A DNA stretch of 64,000 bases from Rhodothermia bacterium. Lineage in GTDB: Bacteria > Bacteroidota > Rhodothermia > Rhodothermales > JAAAOL01. Below the pieces are notes generated by a model. The model worked only from the letters and a program-made list of their open reading frames with translations. It searched no databases and was not told the origin of the DNA. A program made the translations under genes and the position numbers. The DNA is taken from the NCBI GenBank assembly GCA_030428385.1, contig JAUIDY010000018.1:474-64473 (forward strand), written 5' to 3'. Positions 57,024 to 64,000 of this stretch are shown piece after piece (within the stretch, counting starts at the first letter, position 1; every line of letters begins with the position of its first letter).

Positions 57024-59173
57024 ACCACTCGCATCACCATCCTCATAATGAAATAGATAAAGAAAAACGGTCCGATCATGACCATCATCACGATGGGCAT
57101 CGCCATCATGAGGGGCATACCTCCGTCCCCTCACACAAAGACGCGCATCGTCCTGCTGATCATGGGGCGCATGGGCACCAGCATGAGGGGCATCGTGAGG
57201 GGCATCGTGGACACAGCCACCACGATCATCACGCCCACATGGTGGCCGACTTCCGCAAGCGATTCTGGGTCGCTATCGGGCTCACCCTCCCGATCTTAGC
57301 CCTCTCGCCCATGATCCAGGCATTCCTGGGATTGGGCGAAAGTTGGCGATTTACGGGCGATCTCTACATACTCTGGGCACTTTCCTCCGTTGTTTTTTTC
57401 TATGGCGGCTGGCCGTTTCTCAAAGGCCTGTTCGATGAGGTGAGCAAGCGCAATCCGGGGATGATGACCCTCATCGCTATTGCGATCACCACGGCTTATG
57501 TGTACTCAAGCGCGGTGGTGTTTGGACTTGCTGGCAAGATGTTCTTCTGGGAGTTGGCCACCCTGATTGATGTGATGCTGCTCGGGCATTGGATCGAGAT
57601 GAAATCGGTGATGGGCGCTTCCCGTGCCCTGGAGGAACTGGCGAAACTGATGCCCAGCGAAGCCCATCGCCTGTTGGACGATGGAAGTATCGAGGACATC
57701 CCGCTGGACCAGCTTCGTTCTGGCGACCGGGTACTGATTAAGCCGGGAGAGAAAATCCCTGCCGATGGACAGGTGGTTGCCGGACAGTCCTCGGTCAACG
57801 AAGCCATGCTCACCGGCGAGTCGGTGCCGGTGACGAAAACAACCGGCACGGATGTGATCGGGGGTGCCATCAATGGCGAAGGCTCCCTGACCATCGCGGT
57901 GCAACGAACCGGAGCGGAAAGCTACCTTTCCCAGGTCATCGATTTAGTTCGTCAGGCGCAAGAAACAAAGTCGAAGACACAGAATCTGGCGAACCGCGCA
58001 GCCCGATGGCTTACCGGGGTCGCCCTGGGCGGTGGTGCCCTGACCATGTTCGTCTGGGCGGTGGTGCTGGATGCTGAGTTTGCCTTTGCGCTCGAACGCA
58101 CCGTTACGGTGATGGTCATTGCGTGCCCGCACGCGCTGGGGCTGGCTGTTCCGTTGGTGGTGGCCGTCTCCACTGCGCTGTCTGCTCAAAATGGCTTGCT
58201 CATCCGCGACCGTACGGCCTTTGAGGCTGCACGCCATCTCAACGCCATCATCTTTGACAAGACCGGCACCCTGACGGAGGGGCGCTTTGGTGTGACCGAC
58301 ACCATCCTGTTTGACTCCGATTTTGGCAGCGAACAGGTACTTCGGCTTGCCGCCTCCGTCGAGCAGCATTCCGAGCACCCCATTGCGCGCGGAATCACCG
58401 AGGCCACATCCAATATCCCCAACGTAGCTGATTTTAGAGCCATTCCTGGCAAAGGCGCAGAAGGCAAAGTGGAGGGCATGCACGTCCAGATCGTCAGCCC
58501 CGGATTCCTGCACGAAAAAGGCATTTCCATGACCGATGCGCGGTACGAAGCCTTTTCTGAGCAAGGGAAAACGGTGGTGTTTGTCCTTGTGGACGACCAT
58601 CTCACAGGAGCGATTGCCCTGGCCGACGTGATCCGCCCCGAATCGAAACAGGCGATTGCTGAACTCCGGGCCATGGGCATCCAGACGATGATGCTCACGG
58701 GAGACAACCGGAAAGTGGCAGCCTGGGTGAGTCAGGAGATAGGCTTGGACGACACCTTCGCGGAAGTTCTCCCCGACGAGAAAGCCAGCAAAGTCAAAGA
58801 AGTACAAGGGCGCGGCCTGACCGTTGCCATGACGGGCGATGGCGTCAATGATGCACCGGCGCTCGCACAAGCCAACGTGGGAATTGCCATTGGTGCCGGT
58901 ACGGATGTGGCTGTCGAAACCGCCGACATTGTGTTGGTGCGGAGCAATCCGCTCGATGTGGTTTCGATTCTGAAGCTCTCGCGTGCGACCTATCGCAAGA
59001 TGGTGCAGAATCTGTGGTGGGCGGCAGGGTACAACATTGTGGCCATCCCCATAGCCGCCGGGGTGCTCTCCGGCTTTGGAATCATCCTTGGCCCTGCCGC
59101 AGGCGCGGCGTTAATGAGCCTGAGCACGGTCATCGTTGCCATCAACGCCCGCTTCCTGAATGTGGAACGCTAG
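57020..59173 (+). CDS. copB: Copper-translocating P1B-3 ATPase
   Basis: His-rich N-terminus, TGES, CPH, DKTGT, HP, GDGVND, YN, MSLST. Confidence 0.95.
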   Translation: MNHSHHHPHNEIDKEKRSDHDHHHDGHRHHEGHTSVPSHKDAHRPADHGAHGHQHEGHREGHRGHSHHDHHAHMVADFRKRFWVAIGLTLPILALSPMIQAFLGLGESWRFTGDLYILWALSSVVFFYGGWPFLKGLFDEVSKRNPGMMTLIAIAITTAYVYSSAVVFGLAGKMFFWELATLIDVMLLGHWIEMKSVMGASRALEELAKLMPSEAHRLLDDGSIEDIPLDQLRSGDRVLIKPGEKIPADGQVVAGQSSVNEAMLTGESVPVTKTTGTDVIGGAINGEGSLTIAVQRTGAESYLSQVIDLVRQAQETKSKTQNLANRAARWLTGVALGGGALTMFVWAVVLDAEFAFALERTVTVMVIACPHALGLAVPLVVAVSTALSAQNGLLIRDRTAFEAARHLNAIIFDKTGTLTEGRFGVTDTILFDSDFGSEQVLRLAASVEQHSEHPIARGITEATSNIPNVADFRAIPGKGAEGKVEGMHVQIVSPGFLHEKGISMTDARYEAFSEQGKTVVFVLVDDHLTGAIALADVIRPESKQAIAELRAMGIQTMMLTGDNRKVAAWVSQEIGLDDTFAEVLPDEKASKVKEVQGRGLTVAMTGDGVNDAPALAQANVGIAIGAGTDVAVETADIVLVRSNPLDVVSILKLSRATYRKMVQNLWWAAGYNIVAIPIAAGVLSGFGIILGPAAGAALMSLSTVIVAINARFLNVER

Positions 59174-59230
59174 ATTTTGTATCCGAAGCCTTGCTCACCC
59201 GAGCGTCTTGGATGACCTCCAGGCACCACC

Positions 59231-59267
59231 TTAAACCGATTAAAGCTGTCGTTAAGCGCTTCTTAAG
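59231..59267 (+). promoter_or_regulatory. Putative OmpR-family box upstream of protease operon
   Basis: TTAAA 59231, TAAAG 59241, TTAAG 59252, TTAAG 59263. Confidence 0.72.
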
Positions 59268-59329
59268 TTGCCTTGGAGGATTCTTCGTGCAGTTCACCGG
59301 ACCTTGCGATCATAACGGCGCTTGTCATT

Positions 59330-60670
59330 ATGGCTACTTCATTGCGACGCACGATGCTCATTGTATTACTGGGCTTAACACCCGTAGCGGTGCTAGGGAT
59401 TATGCTGGGTAGCCCTGCAAACCTACCAGCTTGGGTATTCGCTGTCCTATTCGGACTCCTTGTCGGCCTTGCTTTGGTGGGCGTGTACTTCCTACTTCCT
59501 CGTACGCGGTTAGCTGATGCGCCTACTCTTTCGGTGCGCCCCCTTCAACAGGAGGTTCCAGAAGCAATGATCCTCAAGACCATCGATGTCATCTATCCGC
59601 ATGCCAGCTATCGCCGGAATGACACGCTGGTCATTGAAGGGCCCCTTCTTCTCCGGTCCGATGCCGCGTATGAAGCCTTCCAGGCACGATTCGCTGGAAG
59701 CGGGTTCACACCGTGGCTGCAAGAACGTGACCACGGGCGGGTGGCGCTGGTGCTAACCCCCTCCCAACGTCCGCCATCGCCCGATGGTGCCCAGCGGGGA
59801 TGGCTGCATCTGGGGCTTCTGTTTGCCACGCTGCTCACCATGATCTGGGCCGGTGCTGCGCACCAGGGCATCAACCTGCTTGAAAATCCGAGCCTTTGGG
59901 GAGTGGGGCTGCCCTATGCCCTGGCCCTGCTCGTAATTCTCGGAGCACATGAACTGGGACACTTCATGATGGCCCAGCGATATGGGATGGACGTGTCTTG
60001 GCCCTTTTTTATCCCGATGCCCTTTGCGTTAGGTACCTTTGGTGCCTTCATCCAGATGCGTTCTCCGGCGCCTCATCGGCGGGCCCTGTTTGATGTGGCC
60101 CTTGCTGGTCCGCTTGCGGGTTTGCTCGTCGCACTGCCTGCCTTGCTTATCGGGCTTCGCTACTCCACCCTTGTGGGACAGGACGCAGGGGTATCCCACA
60201 TAATGGGGGGTGCCGACGTCGGAGCCTCGGTGCTGTTTGCCTTTGTGGCAAAACTCGCGCTGGGTGATGCGTTACTCGAAGGACATCGCCTGATCCTGCA
60301 TCCGCTGGCCTTCGCAGGATGGTTGGGTTTGTTGCTGACGGCGCTCAACCTGATCCCGGTTGGGCAGCTTGATGGTGGTCATATCGCGCACGCCGTCTTG
60401 GGTAAAGGTCCGGCACGCATTATTGGTATGGCTACGCTGGTCGGGTTGGTACTGCTTGGATTGTTCGTTTGGAAAGGACTATTGATCTGGGCGTTGGTGG
60501 TCTTCTTCATTGCGGGTATCCGCGACGTGCCCCCGCTTGACGCTGTGACCCCCCTGCATCAAGGGCGAATGGTGTTGGCGGTAGCCGCCTTAGCCCTTCT
60601 GCTTCTCATCATCCTTCCGGTACCACCCTCGTTGTACACGACGCTGGGGTTACATAGCCCATACGCCTGA
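59330..60670 (+). CDS. Site-2 (M50) intramembrane metalloprotease
   Basis: HELGH, GTFGAFI, AGPLAG, NLIPVGQLDGGH. Confidence 0.92.
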   Translation: MATSLRRTMLIVLLGLTPVAVLGIMLGSPANLPAWVFAVLFGLLVGLALVGVYFLLPRTRLADAPTLSVRPLQQEVPEAMILKTIDVIYPHASYRRNDTLVIEGPLLLRSDAAYEAFQARFAGSGFTPWLQERDHGRVALVLTPSQRPPSPDGAQRGWLHLGLLFATLLTMIWAGAAHQGINLLENPSLWGVGLPYALALLVILGAHELGHFMMAQRYGMDVSWPFFIPMPFALGTFGAFIQMRSPAPHRRALFDVALAGPLAGLLVALPALLIGLRYSTLVGQDAGVSHIMGGADVGASVLFAFVAKLALGDALLEGHRLILHPLAFAGWLGLLLTALNLIPVGQLDGGHIAHAVLGKGPARIIGMATLVGLVLLGLFVWKGLLIWALVVFFIAGIRDVPPLDAVTPLHQGRMVLAVAALALLLLIILPVPPSLYTTLGLHSPYA

Positions 60671-60722
60671 CCACGCCATGCCGATGCGCATGTTATTCTT
60701 CCCTCTGACCTCTGGTGACATC

Positions 60723-60884
60723 ATGGAATGGCTATCTGAAAATCTATTTTTCGTCCTCTTCTTACTCCTTTTTATCGGTCTTCACCTGTTTGGTCATGGG
60801 ATGCATGGAGGACACGGCAATCATGGAACGGGTCGTCCACCAAGCAATCCTAACGATGTACCTCCAGTAGGGCATCATCATTAA
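60723..60884 (+). CDS. DUF2933-like small His-rich membrane protein
   Basis: TM helix then HLFGHGMHGGHG. Confidence 0.75.
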   Translation: MEWLSENLFFVLFLLLFIGLHLFGHGMHGGHGNHGTGRPPSNPNDVPPVGHHH

Positions 60885-60896
60885 ATCAAAGAGACA

Positions 60897-61172
60897 ATGC
60901 TACCTACGAAACATGTGACCTGGTCACTCGCGCTATTTACCAGCGTAAGCTATCTACTGTGTGTGCTCTTTGGCCTGTTAACACCAGAACCTGTGCATAT
61001 GCACCAGTTTCTCGAGGCCGTTCTTCCAGCGTTCACCTGGATCAGTCTGGACAGTTTTGTACTGGGTCTTATTGAAAGCTTTGTTTGGGGGGTTTATATC
61101 GGCCTTGTCTTCTGTTTCATTTACAATGGCCTTCACCGCTTCTGGCCCTCCCTGAAATCGCCCACAAGCTGA
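60897..61172 (+). CDS. DUF5676-like small membrane protein
   Basis: YLLCV...MH..LE..LPAF.W....F.LGL.ES..WG.Y. Confidence 0.75.
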   Translation: MLPTKHVTWSLALFTSVSYLLCVLFGLLTPEPVHMHQFLEAVLPAFTWISLDSFVLGLIESFVWGVYIGLVFCFIYNGLHRFWPSLKSPTS

Positions 61173-61233
61173 GTGTATGGAGCACGCCCACCCAAGCGGT
61201 CTCCTGAATCATACAGTGCTTTTTGATTGAGCC

Positions 61234-62361
61234 ATGAATGCCCACCGACAACATCGGCAGCCATTACTGTCTCTCTTGCTGGCCTTTCTGCTTCTAGCAA
61301 CGGGCTTTGCAGGAGGGGTGCTGTGGCAGACGCCCTCAAGCACAAACCACCAGATAAGCAAGGTCGTACGCCCCATCAGCCCACGTTCGTCTTTCTCCGT
61401 TTCAGAGCAATCAACCATCAACCTGTTTGAGGCGGCATCACCCTCTGTCGTTTTCATCACCTCCTTAGCGATACAACGTGACTTCAGAACACGCAATGTG
61501 ATGGAAATTCCTCGCGGAAGCGGAAGCGGCTTCGTTTGGGATTCGCTAGGACATATCGTCACCAACTACCATGTGATCCAAGATGCGTCCAGCATTCGTG
61601 TTACCCTATCCGACCAAAGTACCTGGGCAGCTCGTCTTGTGGGGGCGGCCCCTGAAAAAGATGTCGCCGTACTCCAGATTGATTCATCCCACGAGCATCT
61701 CCTGCCGTTACCACTCGGGCGATCCGCTGATCTACGGGTCGGGCAAAAGGTGCTTGCTATCGGCAATCCATTCGGACTAGACCAAACCCTTACTACCGGA
61801 ATCATCAGTGCACTCGGGCGTGAAATAGAGTCCGTCGCGCGTATCCCTATTCGTGATGTCATCCAAACCGACGCCGCAATTAATCCGGGCAACTCCGGGG
61901 GGCCGTTGCTTGATTCGGCGGGCCGTCTCATTGGGATCAATACCGCGATTTACAGTCCCTCTGGTACATTTGCAGGGATTGGCTTTGCCATTCCGGTTGA
62001 TGCGGTCAACTGGGTCGTACCAGATCTGATTGCATACGGACGTGTCCAGCGGCCCACGCTGGGCGTTGAACTGGCTTCTCTACAGGTAACACGAAGGCTT
62101 GGATTAGAGGGTGCGCTCATCCTTAACGTGGAGCCAGGTAGCCCTGCCGAACAACAGGGACTCCGCCCTACTTCTCGCGATCAACGAGGAAGAATTGACA
62201 TAGGAGATGTCATTACACGGATAGAGGATACACCGATTCGATCCGCAGTAGACCTGATCCTTGCACTCGAATGGCGCAAGCCCGGAGACGAAGTCGAACT
62301 GACAGTGGTGCGAGCAGAGAACGAGCGGACGTTGCATATTATTCTGGCCCAACCCCGATGA
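61234..62361 (+). CDS. HtrA/DegP-family serine protease with one PDZ domain
   Basis: GSGF, TNYHV, DVAVL, TDAAINPGNSGG. Confidence 0.95.
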   Translation: MNAHRQHRQPLLSLLLAFLLLATGFAGGVLWQTPSSTNHQISKVVRPISPRSSFSVSEQSTINLFEAASPSVVFITSLAIQRDFRTRNVMEIPRGSGSGFVWDSLGHIVTNYHVIQDASSIRVTLSDQSTWAARLVGAAPEKDVAVLQIDSSHEHLLPLPLGRSADLRVGQKVLAIGNPFGLDQTLTTGIISALGREIESVARIPIRDVIQTDAAINPGNSGGPLLDSAGRLIGINTAIYSPSGTFAGIGFAIPVDAVNWVVPDLIAYGRVQRPTLGVELASLQVTRRLGLEGALILNVEPGSPAEQQGLRPTSRDQRGRIDIGDVITRIEDTPIRSAVDLILALEWRKPGDEVELTVVRAENERTLHIILAQPR

Positions 62362-62394
62362 TGCCTGATATGTATTTGATGAAGGGCCCCTTCC

Positions 62395-62431
62395 TTTAGG
62401 TTCTTTAAGCAGACTTTAAGAAGACGTTAAG
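62395..62431 (+). promoter_or_regulatory. Putative OmpR-family box upstream of porin
   Basis: TTTAG 62395; TTAAG at 62405, 62416, 62427. Confidence 0.75.
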
Positions 62432-62780
62432 GTTGACACGAGAAGATTGCTTGGGACACGGATAACTCCTGTTTCACCAAGCCACATCACCCTCATGCGT
62501 ACTTTCGTCCTTCTCCTCATGAGCCTCTTCTTATTGGTGTTACCGGTACGATGGGGGCTTGCCCAATCCTCCTCCCCACCTCCGGTTGAACAATTCTTTC
62601 CACGGCAAGGGTCGCTTCTTGCTGGTTACGGGGGTGCCGGATACCACATGCTTTTTGCTGAAGAGGACACCCCCAATAATTTTTCGGTGGTATTTGCTCC
62701 CATCATGTTGTTCCAGATATCAGACCGGTTTCTGTTTGAAAGCGAATTTGAGTTCGAGATCGAAGAAGGCGTAACCATGA

Positions 62781-63615
62781 CTAGGCCGTGTCTGAAAAAT
62801 GGATTTTGAAGATACGCCGGATACAGGCCAACTTGACCATGGCCACGTAATGCCGTGCCAGTTTCTCATAGCGTGTGGCCAAACGACGACACTCCTTCAA
62901 GTGACCGATCAAACGCTCAATAACGTTGCGACGACGGTAACGCACCGAGCACACGGGCGCTGGAACAGATTTGGTGCGTCTTCTCGGAATCACCGACTCA
63001 ACACCCAAGTCGTCGAGGTAAGCACGGATCGCGGCGCTGTCGTAGCCTTTGTCAGCCACCAACGTCTCTGGCAGAACGGCCAAGGAGACCGCTTCGAACG
63101 TCGGGGTGAACTGTGGGCTGTCGTGACGCTGCCCCGCGCTCACGTGCACGGACAAGGGCGTGCCGACGCCGTCGCAAATCAGGTGCACCTTCGTCGTAAA
63201 ACCGCCTCGACTACGCCCCAAGGCTTGTTGGGCAGCATTTTCTTTGGCCTCAAGACCTTGCTTTTTTTTTCGCTCCGGCAGCGGCTCGGCTGGCACGCAC
63301 CGTGGTTGAATCAACGAACCATGTCTCTAGATCGATCGTGCCGTCATCAAGTAGGCGAAGCTGGAGCAGGTGAAGCATGCGGTCGATTGTGCCGTCGTCG
63401 CTCCAGCGTCGATAGCGGTCGTAGACGGTCTGCCAGGGCCCAAAGCGTTCAGGCAGGTCTCGCCATGCTGCCCCGGAGCAAAGCACCCAGAAGATGCCGT
63501 TTAGCATCAAGCGGTCGTCGCGTCGGGGGCGTCCTCGGCGTGTCTTTTTGGGTTGTGTAAGAACCGTTTCGACCAGGGCAAACTGCCGGTCCGTTAACTC
63601 GTAGCGTCGGGTCAT
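62781..63615 (-). CDS. IS5 transposase split into two frames at an A9 run
   Basis: OrfA YELTD..WRDLPERFG..VDST; OrfB GRSRGGFTTK, ADKGYD, RNVIER, ATRYEK; T9 at 63262-63270. Confidence 0.9.
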
Positions 63616-63671
63616 CGTCGTGCTCTTTGATGAGCACCCAAACTACGTATCCCTATTTTTCAGACAAAGCC
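62784..63671 (-). mobile_element. IS5-family (IS427-group-like) insertion sequence, 888 bp
   Basis: IRs GGCCGTGTCTGAAAAAT / GGCTTTGTCTGAAAAAT; TA (or CTA) target duplication. Confidence 0.92.
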
Positions 63672-63900
63672 TAATCTCGAATATGCGCAGGTAGATGTCC
63701 GCCTGAACAACAATCTTACCTTGGTCAGTGGCAAGTTTTTGTTGCCTTTTGCAGCCTTTGGCGAGCGTTTGCACCCAACCTGGGTGAACAAGCTGGCCAG
63801 TACCCCTGCCCTCTATGGATCTCATGGGGGATCTGCAGCCAGCCCCGGAGATGCACTCTTGCCGATATTGTCAGATATAGGGGTCCAACTGCAAGGAAAC

Positions 63901-64000
63901 TGAACCGCCCCGGGTTTGCAGGAGACTCCAAACTTTGAGAACTTGGAGTCATGAGCAAATCGAACAGGTACTCTCCCGAGGTCCGCGAGCGGGCCGTCCG
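63901..64000 (+). mobile_element. IS3-family (IS51 group) left end, partial
   Basis: TGAACCGCCCCGGG...GGAGACT terminal repeat; OrfA start MSKSNRYSPEVRERAV at 63951. Confidence 0.9.

Larger units (their letters stand above)
62495..63900 (+). pseudogene. Outer-membrane porin gene interrupted by IS5 and IS3
   Basis: Removing the IS5 and one TA restores ...FEFEIEEGVTMTNLEYAQVDVRLNNNLTLVSGKFLLPFAAFGERLHPTWVNKL...GVQLQGN, which is then cut by IS3. Confidence 0.88.

Noticed and set aside
1-64000. tRNA, rRNA, cas, reverse transcriptase, integron or prophage structural genes
   Set aside because: None recognised by eye; a formal tRNAscan/Rfam/HMM scan was not possible

Overview
This 64-kb window looks like most of a heavy-metal resistance plasmid. 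The likely host is a high-GC Bacteroidota/Rhodothermota-type bacterium, inferred from a type IX secretion C-terminal domain and the general lack of Shine-Dalgarno sites. The central backbone (~19.9-40.3 kb) has two Rep genes, each beside its own iterons and DnaA boxes, a ParA/RHH partition system with 11-bp centromere repeats, RadC, ParDE, a highly structured ~400-nt non-coding region, two replication-relaxation proteins, two VirD4/TraD-like ATPases with no mating-pair genes, a NYN RNase with a hairpin leader present in two copies, and a secreted metalloprotease. The flanks carry a Cus-type Cu/Ag RND pump, a Czc-type RND pump with a Cd/Zn P-type ATPase, a CopB-type Cu ATPase, cupredoxins, an MMPL/LolA-like/beta-barrel cluster, envelope proteases and an OmpR-type two-component system. 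TTAAG-N6-TTAAG boxes precede most copper operons. A porin gene at the right end is split by IS5 and IS3 elements. All family assignments come from motif recognition by eye; no database search or folding program was run.
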